Part shown: positions 1-7,663 of the stretch, in pieces
How the letters are laid out: each line of letters starts with the position of its first letter
How positions within the stretch are numbered: position 1 is the stretch's first letter
NCBI RefSeq assembly: GCF_004006395.2
Contig: NZ_CP029758.2
Location: forward strand, 136,615 to 168,614
DNA: 32,000 bases
Reading direction: 5' to 3'
Origin: Clostridium sp. AWRP
Lineage (GTDB): Bacteria; Bacillota; Clostridia; Clostridiales; Clostridiaceae
Translations under genes and position numbers: made by a program
Notes under the pieces: generated by a model
What the model saw: only the letters and a program-made list of their open reading frames with translations
Told to the model about the DNA's origin: nothing
The model's database searches: none

Positions 1-1
1 A

Positions 2-577
2 AAAGAAAAATTAAATAATGAAAATAATAAGCTATTGGCACTAAAGTCAGAAAATGAAAAAAAGTTGGCCAAGCTTAATAGTGATAAAGAAAGTGCAAAA
101 AATGTAATAGCATCCTTAGATGCGAAAGAAAAGTCTTTAGAAATTGCCAATCAAGCAACTTTAAAAGCAGTTGCTTCAGCTGCAAGTAACGTTCAGCAAA
201 GTGCTTCAAGAGGAGGAAGTTCTATAGCATCATCTGATGCAGTAGTAGCATATGCTTCTAACTTTTTAGGAGTTCCGTATGTATGGGGAGGGACATCTCC
301 TTCAGGGTTTGATTGTTCAGGTTTGGTTCAATATGTATATGCTCACTTTGGAATTAATTTACCAAGAACTTCGCAGGAACAGCAAAGGGTAGGTACATCG
401 GTATCAAGAGATGAACTTCAGCCAGGAGACTTAGTTTTCTTTGGTTCTCCAGCGTATCATGTAGGAATATATGTAGGTGGTGGACAGTTTATTAATGCAC
501 CTAAAACGGGAGATGTAGTTAAAATAGCATCTTTGGATAATAGATCAGATTTTACGGGTGGAAAAAGAGTTAGATAA
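2..577 (+). CDS. NlpC/P60-family peptidoglycan endopeptidase, C-terminal part (5' end lies upstream of the window)
   Basis: The frame is open from base 2, so the track's TTG at 35 is internal. A K/E/A-rich coiled-coil-like linker is followed by NlpC/P60 motifs GVPYVWGG, GFDCSGLVQYVY (catalytic Cys) and AYHVGIYVG (His). Stop TAA at 575-577. Confidence 0.85.
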   Translation, partial: KEKLNNENNKLLALKSENEKKLAKLNSDKESAKNVIASLDAKEKSLEIANQATLKAVASAASNVQQSASRGGSSIASSDAVVAYASNFLGVPYVWGGTSPSGFDCSGLVQYVYAHFGINLPRTSQEQQRVGTSVSRDELQPGDLVFFGSPAYHVGIYVGGGQFINAPKTGDVVKIASLDNRSDFTGGKRVR

Positions 578-710
578 TAATTTAATGACATATTGTTTTA
601 AAGTTTAAACATACATACATAGTTAAATTCATTTTGTATTTAGGAAATTTAGCTATGTTTTTTTATCTTAAATTGTCAATGGTTAGATTCATTGATAAGT
701 TCAACACAGA

Positions 711-750
711 AAAAGAGACCTGCATTATAATTATAATGCAGGTCTTTTAA
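711..750. terminator. Bidirectional rho-independent terminator between the convergent NlpC/P60 gene and abrB
   Basis: Perfect 13-bp stem gacctgcattata (717-729) / tataatgcaggtc (732-744), flanked by an A-tract on the left and TTTT on the right. Confidence 0.8.
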
Positions 751-757
751 ATAATGA

Positions 758-1003
758 TTATTTGCCTTCTTTTAATGCATTTAAACAACTTTTGCAGATG
801 TTTTTACCTCTATAATTTACAACGTCTCTTGCGTCACCGCAGAAAATACATGCAGGCTCATACTTCTTTAATATAATCTGTTCACCATCTACGTATATTT
901 CTAAGGCATCTTTTTCAGCAATGTCTAAAGTTCTCCTTAATTCTATAGGAATGACAATTCTTCCTAGCTCGTCTACTCTTCTTACAACACCTGTTGATTT
1001 CAT
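758..1003 (-). CDS. abrB: AbrB-family transition-state regulator (SpoVT/AbrB swapped-hairpin N-domain)
   Basis: MKSTGVVRRVDELGRIVIPIELRRTLDI is the canonical AbrB N-terminus. The ATG at 1003 has an AGGAGG (1011-1016, minus strand) 7 nt upstream. The track's start at 1036 is an unsupported extension. Confidence 0.9.
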   Translation of the reverse strand: MKSTGVVRRVDELGRIVIPIELRRTLDIAEKDALEIYVDGEQIILKKYEPACIFCGDARDVVNYRGKNICKSCLNALKEGK

Positions 1004-1028
1004 TAATTTTCCTCCTCTAATTCCATAA

Positions 1029-1035
1029 TTCGACA
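1029..1035 (-). promoter_or_regulatory. Candidate Spo0A box (TGTCGAA on the abrB strand) in the abrB leader
   Basis: Exact match to the 0A-box heptamer TGTCGAA (plus strand ttcgaca), just downstream of the proximal promoter candidate. B. subtilis abrB has 0A boxes in the same relative position. Confidence 0.45.
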
Positions 1036-1048
1036 CGATTACAATTAG

Positions 1049-1077
1049 ATAATAGCAAAAATTACATTAAAAGTCAA
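1049..1077 (-). promoter_or_regulatory. Candidate sigma-A promoter, abrB proximal
   Basis: Minus strand reads TTGACT (1077-1072), 17-nt spacer, TATTAT (1054-1049). Confidence 0.5.
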
Positions 1078-1129
1078 TATAATTTCATAAAATATTTTAC
1101 AAATTTCTAATCAAATTCCATCTAAAGTT

Positions 1130-1158
1130 AATATACTACCATAATATTCAAAAGTCAA
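1130..1158 (-). promoter_or_regulatory. Candidate sigma-A promoter, abrB distal
   Basis: Minus strand reads TTGACT (1158-1153), 17-nt spacer, TATATT (1135-1130). Two tandem promoters would mirror B. subtilis abrB P1/P2. Confidence 0.4.
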
Positions 1159-1537
1159 TAACAATATTAATAAAAGTTTATAATATATGATAAACAAGGA
1201 TTTAAATGTAAGAAATTAATATTAGAATTAAGTACAAAATCAGGAAATTTCAAAAAATATTTTTTATAAAATAGTAACTAAATGGATAATTAAATATTTG
1301 AAGTCGAAATTTTCGATAAGAAATTTTAATATTGATAATCTATATGGATATAAGAGGGCATTTATATTAAAATAAGAGATGTACAGTTCAATAAATAGAA
1401 GTAGAGTAGGTTGTATTAGAATTATTTTTACCAAAATATATCTGCAATTTAGACACATAATGTTGATAATTTTAAAAAAAGGAAATTTTATTTATAGAAA
1501 TAGAGTATTTTTATGTGATAAAATAATAAGTAAGTAG

Positions 1538-2947
1538 GTGATTAATTTGGATTATGTGAAAGACTTTATTAAAAGCGCAAGAGAAGTAGTAAGTAAAGTA
1601 GGAGGAGAAGTTTATTTAGTTGGTGGGTATATAAGAGATAGGTTGATTGGTATAACAGCTCAACCTAAAGATATAGATTTTATATTTAATGGAAATATTG
1701 AAAAATTTATGGAGGAACTTGAGAATAGACAATATAAATTTTTCCCTATAAAGCAGGAAATAGGTATATATAGATGTATGCTAGGAAATAATTCAATAGA
1801 TATATCTCTCATGGAGGGGGATTCTATTGAGGAGGATTTGAAGAATAGAGATTTTACTATGAATGCTATAGCTATAAAGCTTAGTGGAGATAAAGTTAAA
1901 GTTATTGATCCCTTTTATGGAAGAAGATCTATTGATAATAGAATAATTAAAAGTGTAACTGATATGAGCTTAGAAAATGATCCTATCAGGATACTTAGAG
2001 GTGTTAGGTTTCATATATCTTATGGAATGCATTTTAATTTGGATACGGAAAAATGTATTGAAAAATTAGGTTGTAGGATAATGGATATGCCCAGGGAAAG
2101 AGTCTTTAAAGAATTTATGCTTATATTAGAAAAGGACAATCAGGGAAAGGCTTTTGAAGTTTTAGATAACTATGGAATACTAAAAAATATTATACCTTAT
2201 ATAGAAGAATTAAAAACTATAGGGAAATGTGCATATCATATAGAAGATGTATTTACTCATATGAATTTAACTTATTGTGTATTTAAGGATATCTTAAATG
2301 GTAAGGTAAGTCTTGAGGGATTAAATTTACATGTGTTTGAAGATAAAATAGGTGAATTTAAGTTGAGAGAGTATATGTCTTTAGCTTGTTTTTTGCATGA
2401 TATAGGTAAATATGAAGCTTATAGAAAGGACGGAGACAAGGTAAGTTTTTGGGGGCATGAAATGAAAGGAGCTGCCATAGCTAGGAATTTCTGTAGGAAC
2501 ATGAAATTTCCCCAAAAAGCAGAAAGCTATATAGAAAATATAGTAGATGGTCATATGTATCCACTGAAGATTTTTAAACAAAATTCTAAAGATAGGAAGA
2601 ATGATTTTTATAAGTTTTTTTCAAAATATGATGGATATATAATAGAAATACTAACTGCTGCATATTGTGATAACTATGCTACAAGAATGCTTTTGGATGT
2701 TGAAAATGAAAAAGTTAGATTTAAAATGTTTATTGAAGAGATGTTAAAAGAGTATGAGTTGTATTGTAGTATAAACAAATATAAAATTTTAAATGGAAAT
2801 GATGTTATTCAAATTTTAAATGTATCGGGGCCTGAAGTAAAAAATGTTCTTGAAGATGTGACAAGATTTAGATATTTAGGAAAAATACAAACTAGAGAAG
2901 AAGCATTGAATTATTTAAAAGTTAAAATAAATAACAACTATATTTAA
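1538..2947 (+). CDS. tRNA nucleotidyltransferase / poly(A) polymerase family protein with C-terminal HD domain (CCA-adding-enzyme-like)
   Basis: N-terminal PolA head motif VYLVGGYIRDRLIG...KDIDF and RDFTMNA. HD-type motif CFLHDIGK...GHEMKGA. GTG start at 1538. Confidence 0.8.
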   Translation: MINLDYVKDFIKSAREVVSKVGGEVYLVGGYIRDRLIGITAQPKDIDFIFNGNIEKFMEELENRQYKFFPIKQEIGIYRCMLGNNSIDISLMEGDSIEEDLKNRDFTMNAIAIKLSGDKVKVIDPFYGRRSIDNRIIKSVTDMSLENDPIRILRGVRFHISYGMHFNLDTEKCIEKLGCRIMDMPRERVFKEFMLILEKDNQGKAFEVLDNYGILKNIIPYIEELKTIGKCAYHIEDVFTHMNLTYCVFKDILNGKVSLEGLNLHVFEDKIGEFKLREYMSLACFLHDIGKYEAYRKDGDKVSFWGHEMKGAAIARNFCRNMKFPQKAESYIENIVDGHMYPLKIFKQNSKDRKNDFYKFFSKYDGYIIEILTAAYCDNYATRMLLDVENEKVRFKMFIEEMLKEYELYCSINKYKILNGNDVIQILNVSGPEVKNVLEDVTRFRYLGKIQTREEALNYLKVKINNNYI

Positions 2948-2950
2948 ATT

Positions 2951-2989
2951 AAGCAAGAACTTATCCACAATGTGGGTAAGTTCTTGCTT
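2951..2989. promoter_or_regulatory. Hairpin made of an inverted DnaA-box pair (3' end of the CCA-like gene)
   Basis: aagcaagaac TTATCCACA a TGTGGGTAA gttcttgctt. Perfect box at 2961-2969, a 1-mismatch inverted box at 2971-2979, and 10-bp perfectly complementary flanks. Confidence 0.7.
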
Positions 2990-3007
2990 ATGGCACTAAT
3001 ATCAAAA

Positions 3008-3060
3008 ATCATGAACTTATCCACAGAAAATGTTGATAAGTTCATGATTTTTGTGGACAA
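3008..3060. promoter_or_regulatory. Second DnaA-box hairpin with T-tract, plus one extra near-consensus box
   Basis: atcatgaac TTATCCACA gaaaa TGTTGATAA gttcatgat tttt. Perfect box at 3017-3025 and an inverted 1-mismatch box at 3031-3039. TGTGGACAA follows at 3052-3060 (1 mismatch). The stem plus TTTT also fits a terminator for the upstream + strand gene. Confidence 0.7.
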
Positions 3061-3150
3061 GTGTCTGAAAATTCGTTTATCCGATGGCTAGCCGCTCTAA
3101 TCCATCCACTTTTTTAAATGGATGTAAAGAGCGGTTATCAAGAACTTTGT

Positions 3151-3804
3151 TTATTCTTCTAGACTTTGAAAAGTTGAGACTATAAAGTCAAATTCTTCTG
3201 CATCGGAAATTTCTCCATAACTGTCTTCTGAAATTCCAGGATAATAATATAGTATGAACTTTTCTTTAGAGTGTATATTTTCTATTATTATATATTTTCT
3301 GTCTAATTCTACATCTTGAAGAACGGCTAGTACTGTATACCTATCATTTTCACCAGTTTTGTCGTTAGTAAGATTTAAAAAAAAGCTATCATGCCTTGTA
3401 ATGTTTATTTTCTTTTTATCACAATTTACGATTTTAGAACCACTTTTACATCCAAGGCAACTGTCAAATTTACAATCTGAAGTACAGTTAAGGCACTGAC
3501 AGATACTGCATTTCTCAAGTTGGGATAAAGATTCTAAATTGTCATTTTTATAATCTTCTAGTAAAGAAATATATTTATCACTTTTTAGCTTGTTTAAAAA
3601 GCCTCCTGTATTAAGTTCACCTTGTGCAGCTTCAATTAAATCTATATATTTTTTTAAGGTTGATACTTTGGATACATATTTTCTCCTATTTAAAATATCT
3701 TTATCTAAAAAAGGAGAAATGTTATCTATAGCATAATTTATAGCTACAAATATTTTGCCGTATTTATCTTTTTCATGTTTTAAGAACTGGTCAGCTTTAC
3801 TCAT
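3151..3804 (-). CDS. Cys-rich protein with DUF1292-like C-terminus, last gene of the pspA operon
   Basis: Central cluster CSICQCLNCTSDCKFDSCLGCKSGSKIVNC (9 Cys). The C-terminus KFILYYYPGISEDSYGEISDAEEFDFIVSTF resembles the YrzB/DUF1292 pattern as I recall it. It starts 9 nt after the pspA stop. Confidence 0.7.
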   Translation of the reverse strand: MSKADQFLKHEKDKYGKIFVAINYAIDNISPFLDKDILNRRKYVSKVSTLKKYIDLIEAAQGELNTGGFLNKLKSDKYISLLEDYKNDNLESLSQLEKCSICQCLNCTSDCKFDSCLGCKSGSKIVNCDKKKINITRHDSFFLNLTNDKTGENDRYTVLAVLQDVELDRKYIIIENIHSKEKFILYYYPGISEDSYGEISDAEEFDFIVSTFQSLEE

Positions 3805-3812
3805 GATATCAC

Positions 3813-4463
3813 CTAATTTTGTTTATATTTTTCCAATTCTTTATCAAGATCAACTTCATCTAATTTTTTAAATTCCTTTTCTAAAGAATCCTCTTCTCTT
3901 AAATCTCCCAGTCCTTCAGCTAAAGATTCTTTCTTTTGAATTTTTCTTTCGATGTCATCAATATTTATTTTATTGCTTCCTGTTTCTACATTAGATAGTA
4001 TTTCATTTACTTTTTTAGTGGCTTCTGCATTATTAAATCTTGCTGCAGCTTCATCTCTATATACTCTGGTTTTGTGTATTTCTTCTTCTAGTTCTTTTAA
4101 CTTATGTTTAACTGCTTCAGCTTTTTGACAAGCATCTTTGTAGCTGGCTTCTAAAGAACTGTAACTTTTATCAGCTTCTAATTTCCTAGCTAGAGCTTTT
4201 TTAGCTAATTCTTCATTTCCTTTGCTCATTGCAAGTTTTACTTTCTCATCAAATTCAGTAGATACTCTTTTTGATTCTTCCATTTTCTTTTCAATTTCAT
4301 GAACATTACCTAGTATTTGTGCTGATGATAATTTAGCTTTGTTTAGGCTATCATCCATATCCCTTAGTTTTTGATCAAGCAATTCAATAGGGTTTTCAAT
4401 ATCATCTAAAGTATTGTTTACTTTTGCCCTAAAAATATTTGATACTCTTTTTAATACTCCCAT
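3813..4463 (-). CDS. pspA: PspA/IM30 family membrane-stress protein
   Basis: MGVLKRVSNIFRAKVNNTLDDIENPIELLDQKLRDM is the typical PspA/LiaH N-terminus. The rest is long coiled-coil. GGAGG lies 7 nt upstream of the ATG. Confidence 0.88.
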   Translation of the reverse strand: MGVLKRVSNIFRAKVNNTLDDIENPIELLDQKLRDMDDSLNKAKLSSAQILGNVHEIEKKMEESKRVSTEFDEKVKLAMSKGNEELAKKALARKLEADKSYSSLEASYKDACQKAEAVKHKLKELEEEIHKTRVYRDEAAARFNNAEATKKVNEILSNVETGSNKINIDDIERKIQKKESLAEGLGDLREEDSLEKEFKKLDEVDLDKELEKYKQN

Positions 4464-4478
4464 AAAAAATCCTCCTCG

Positions 4479-5102
4479 TTATTTTCTGTTTTTAAATTTT
4501 TTTATTTTTCTTATAATAAATAGTAATATTAAAATTAATATTACAAATTTAACAAAACCCCAAAAGAAGCTTGCTAAAAGGCTATGCCCTCCACTATATC
4601 CATAATAACTGGAGCTGTGACCCCAGGGGATGGGTATAGGTATAGGAAAAAAGGATCTATGACTTCCACTGCTATAATTTTGACCGGAGCCAGAATTATT
4701 TTGATTAGTATTTTGATTACTAGATTTTGAAGAAGAATTAGGTGTATTAGAAAAACTGCCTGACTTAAAATCTCCTCCAGAACTATTAGTGCTATTTTTT
4801 TGTTTATAGGTAGAGTTAGGGGAAGAAAAACTACCCGATTTAAAACTACCACCGGAAGATTTGGAACTACTACTATGTGAAAAGCTACTTGTGCTGTGTG
4901 AAAATCCACTTGATTTAAATCCACCAGAGCTTCTTGCATATACAGTATTGTTATTTATGTTTAAAATATTTCCTTGTGGTGTAAACAAATCTACCGATAA
5001 GAATAAAAAAGCCATCACTAATGATATAATAAAGAATTTTTTATTTAATTTAACTTTAGCCACCCCCCTTAAAGAAAAGAATCTTTTCTTATATGGTAAC
5101 AT
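4479..5102 (-). CDS. Bitopic membrane protein with Ser/Gly/Asn-rich low-complexity repeats, first gene of the pspA operon
   Basis: N-terminal signal/TM FFIISLVMAFLFLSV, repeated SGGxFKSGSFS units, then PIPIPIPW and a C-terminal TM FVILILILLFII followed by a basic tail. The stop overlaps the pspA RBS. The exact start is uncertain (ATG at 5102 or a downstream GTG). Confidence 0.65.
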   Translation of the reverse strand: MLPYKKRFFSLRGVAKVKLNKKFFIISLVMAFLFLSVDLFTPQGNILNINNNTVYARSSGGFKSSGFSHSTSSFSHSSSSKSSGGSFKSGSFSSPNSTYKQKNSTNSSGGDFKSGSFSNTPNSSSKSSNQNTNQNNSGSGQNYSSGSHRSFFPIPIPIPWGHSSSYYGYSGGHSLLASFFWGFVKFVILILILLFIIRKIKKFKNRK

Positions 5103-5388
5103 AATATTTATAGCTAGTGGATGTTAATAATATTAAATTTTTATAACATTAAGTATGAGAGCATTATACAGTATTATATAACTTATAACAAGTATTAGAT
5201 TAACTTGTTTTAGGCAATTTAAGACGGTTTAATAGGATTTATTATGGTTTATCATGATTTATATAGAAAATGTAACAAATTTCCGTTGATTTAATAAATA
5301 GTTAGTTTGTAAAGAATATATATATAACATATAATATTAATATGGTTTTTTAAGGTTAAAATAACTGTTATTTTGGAGGTTGTAAATA

Positions 5389-5982
5389 ATGAAAGAACAC
5401 AAATTTGGCATGGAATATATAAACAAAGCTGCTAAGAATATATCAGATAATACTATAGTACCTTATGAGGATTTGCCAAGGTATGATTTATTTTTATCTC
5501 AGGTTACAGACTATCTAAATGATAAGTTTCAAGGTGAAAAATATACGAATAATATAATACAGAATTATATTAAAAATGAAGTCATATCTAAACCCGAAGA
5601 TGGTAAAAAAAGAGGATATACAAAAGTTCATTTGACACAGCTCATTTTATTAAGTTATATGAGACCTATATTAACCACAGAGGAAATAAAAAAGGTTTTC
5701 AGGCTTGCCTTTAATGAGATAAACAATGGAGAAGATGATATAATATCATGGGAAAATGCCTATAAGATATTTTCGGATTTGCATAACAATAGCCTTGATG
5801 ATTTGATGAGTAAAGAACATTTTAATGAAAAAAAATTTCAAGATATGGTAAAGGATATGGACTTAAAATCTGATGATGAAGATAGGATAGGTATCTTTTT
5901 TGTGGTAATATCTTTAATTTGCCAGGCGAGTGCAATTAAGAAACTAGTTCAAAATATAGTAAATAACTATGAAGGAAAATAG
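5389..5982 (+). CDS. DUF1836-like protein
   Basis: A GGAGG RBS precedes the ATG. The motif NIIQNYIKNEVISKPEDGKKRGYTKVHLTQLILLSYMRPILT matches my recollection of the DUF1836 core. Confidence 0.65.
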   Translation: MKEHKFGMEYINKAAKNISDNTIVPYEDLPRYDLFLSQVTDYLNDKFQGEKYTNNIIQNYIKNEVISKPEDGKKRGYTKVHLTQLILLSYMRPILTTEEIKKVFRLAFNEINNGEDDIISWENAYKIFSDLHNNSLDDLMSKEHFNEKKFQDMVKDMDLKSDDEDRIGIFFVVISLICQASAIKKLVQNIVNNYEGK

Positions 5983-6018
5983 AAGGGATAAAAATGAGTT
6001 TATTGTGATATTTTATGC

Positions 6019-6064
6019 AACTTACCTAGATTTATGTAGATCAAATTTAGGTAAGTTATTTTTA
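6019..6064 (+). terminator. Rho-independent terminator after the DUF1836 gene
   Basis: 10-bp stem aacttaccta (6019-6028) / taggtaagtt (6048-6057), followed by ATTTTTA. Confidence 0.6.
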
Positions 6065-6155
6065 TTCGATGATTATCTGCTCCAATACTCCCATGCATTC
6101 TGTGAAAGCGACTATTGCCAAATTAAAGAATTTGGGAAATCTGTTCATAGAAAGT

Positions 6156-6635
6156 TTATTTTGAATTAGCTGTTAACAAACAGATGCTTTGAGCAGCTAT
6201 ACCTTCTCCTTTGCCGGTAAAGCCAAGACCTTCCTCTGTAGTGGCTTTTACACTTATTACAGATGTAGTTATATTTAGAGTTTTAGCTATATTTATTCTC
6301 ATATCTTGTATGTATGGAGAGAGTTTAGGTTTTTCGGCTATTATAATAGAATCTATGTTTCCTATATTATATCCTTTTTCTCTAATTAAAGATGATACAT
6401 GTGAGAGCAATCTAAGACTAGATATGTTCTTATATTTATCATCATTATCAGGGAAATGTTTGCCAATATCACCTAAACATAAGGCTCCAAGAAGACTATC
6501 CATTATTGCGTGAAGAAGTACATCTGCATCTGAATGTCCCATAAGGCCTTTTTCAAAAGGGATATTTACGCCTCCTAAAATAAGAGGTCTATTATAACCT
6601 AATTTATGGACATCATAACCAAGCCCGATTTTCAC
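6156..6635 (-). CDS. ispF: 2-C-methyl-D-erythritol 2,4-cyclodiphosphate synthase
   Basis: [26 protein letters not shown] and GDIGKHFP motifs. GTG start at 6635 with GAGGAGG upstream. Confidence 0.92.
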   Translation of the reverse strand: MKIGLGYDVHKLGYNRPLILGGVNIPFEKGLMGHSDADVLLHAIMDSLLGALCLGDIGKHFPDNDDKYKNISSLRLLSHVSSLIREKGYNIGNIDSIIIAEKPKLSPYIQDMRINIAKTLNITTSVISVKATTEEGLGFTGKGEGIAAQSICLLTANSK

Positions 6636-6676
6636 ATTTAATTCCTCCTCAATTTTTATTATATTTTAACACACAT

Positions 6677-6702
6677 AATAAAAAGGTGCACTTAATGGCA
6701 CC
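6677..6702 (-). terminator. Short rho-independent terminator after the small basic ORF
   Basis: Minus strand reads ggtgc-cattaagt-gcacc followed by TTTTTATTAT. The stem is only 5 bp. Confidence 0.45.
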
Positions 6703-6879
6703 TTAAGATATATCTTTAAAACTTCGAATCACATTTTTATTATTTTTATCCTTTGTTTTGCAGGGTTTAAACATGGAGTAAAAGAATTTTCTATAAGTTT
6801 TCTTTATTAGTAATAGAAGTGAAAATGGATCTTTTTTTCTATTTCTTGAAAAATCTACCTTGATAACGTTATCTTTCAT
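6703..6879 (-). CDS. Small basic protein (58 aa), no family recognised
   Basis: The internal ATG at 6879 is preceded by GGAGGGTGAGG (6886-6896, minus strand) at good spacing. Product is MKDNVIKVDFSRNRKKDPFSLLLLIKKTYRKFFYSMFKPCKTKDKNNKNVIRSFKDIS. It has its own terminator. The longer track ORF (to 6975) has no RBS. Confidence 0.45.
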   Translation of the reverse strand: MKDNVIKVDFSRNRKKDPFSLLLLIKKTYRKFFYSMFKPCKTKDKNNKNVIRSFKDIS

Positions 6880-6985
6880 AAATAACCTCACCCTCCATAA
6901 AAAGATCTTACCATAATAATAACATAAATTTAAAAGTATGTTAAGAAAATTACAAAAAATATTTAATTGAACCACAATTATAAAA

Positions 6986-7011
6986 TTAAGGGGACAAGGT
7001 AATCCCCTTAA
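6986..7011. other. GC-containing hairpin between the DnaA-box cluster and the small ORF
   Basis: ttaagggga (6986-6994) / tccccttaa (7003-7011), 9-bp perfect stem with an 8-nt loop. On the minus strand it is followed by AATTTTATAATT, so it is terminator-like for a hypothetical minus-strand transcript. Confidence 0.4.
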
Positions 7012-7081
7012 TTTATGAGATAAAAAGGTATATTGTTTTGTATTGGAAAATGTTAGTTGTGTTTTATGAGCTTTGTGACTA

Positions 7082-7477
7082 TGTGGTTAATAATATTATA
7101 TGGATATAGGATTAAATGTGTTACTAAATAATATGTTATCCACATGTTGTCCACAAAAGTGTGGATAATGTGGATAAATAGTATAAAAATTATGTATAAT
7201 CAAATCTTGCTTTATAGATAATATGTTAATAACACAACTTATTAACATATTACCTGTTGATAATGTTGAAAAGTCTATAACTAGTAGTATCTATTATATT
7301 ATTAGATATACCGTATTTATGACTATTATTCAGAGATATTTTTCTAATATAACAGTAATAAGGTACACATATTAGATTTTAAACTTTACCCCAGACAGAA
7401 AATTAGTGGGAAAGGATAATTTATATTATATAAAAATAACATGTTATCCACAAAATATGTAATAATGTTGTGGATAA
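7082..7477. promoter_or_regulatory. DnaA-box cluster in a 690-bp ORF-free spacer
   Basis: Perfect boxes: TTATCCACA at 7136-7144 and 7444-7452; TGTGGATAA at 7160-7168, 7169-7177 and 7469-7477. One-mismatch boxes: 7082-7090 (TGTGGTTAA), 7147-7155 (TTGTCCACA) and 7255-7263 (TGTTGATAA). Confidence 0.8.
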
Positions 7478-7663
7478 TGTTGAATATAGTTCTTATTTTA
7501 GATCAAACATACAATAGGTCTTATAAATGTAACGAAGACTAAAATAATTTACAATTTATTAATATTTTGTTTAACAAAAATGAAGATACATGTTTTAATA
7601 TGTTAGAGAAAGGATTTTTATGCAGAGTTTAATTTAATAAAAGTGGATGGGAGATAATATATA

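Noticed and set aside
1264-1458. Track ORF (64 aa, minus strand) in the abrB / CCA-like intergenic region
   Set aside because: It has hydrophobic, AT-codon-driven composition (I/L/F/Y/K/N), no SD, and lies in promoter DNA. This is a typical spurious ORF in AT-rich sequence.
4414-5127. Track ORFs 4414-4605(+), 4574-4939(-) and 4861-5127(+), which overlap the S/G-rich membrane protein gene
   Set aside because: These are alternative frames or antisense of a low-complexity repeat gene. They have no RBS, and the annotated frame has coherent signal/TM architecture and operon coupling to pspA.
5969-6513. Track ORFs 5969-6169(+) and 6211-6513(+)
   Set aside because: The first has no SD and spans a terminator hairpin (6019-6064). 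The second is antisense to the clearly recognisable ispF.
7128-7612. Recurring AATATGTTA motif (7128, 7218, 7600, and 29157 elsewhere) and the 12-bp inverted repeat atatgttaataa/ttattaacatat (7221-7250)
   Set aside because: My rough expectation for this A/T-rich 9-mer is about 2 per window, and two occurrences partly overlap DnaA-box flanks. The enrichment is too weak to call a distinct binding site without genome-wide statistics.
6976-7663. Possibility that the DnaA-box region is the chromosomal origin oriC
   Set aside because: There is no dnaA, dnaN, rpmH or rnpA in 32 kb, and the context matches the abrB-metS block that lies some tens of kb from oriC in B. subtilis. It is retained as a secondary DnaA-box cluster. 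Only the whole genome can settle this.
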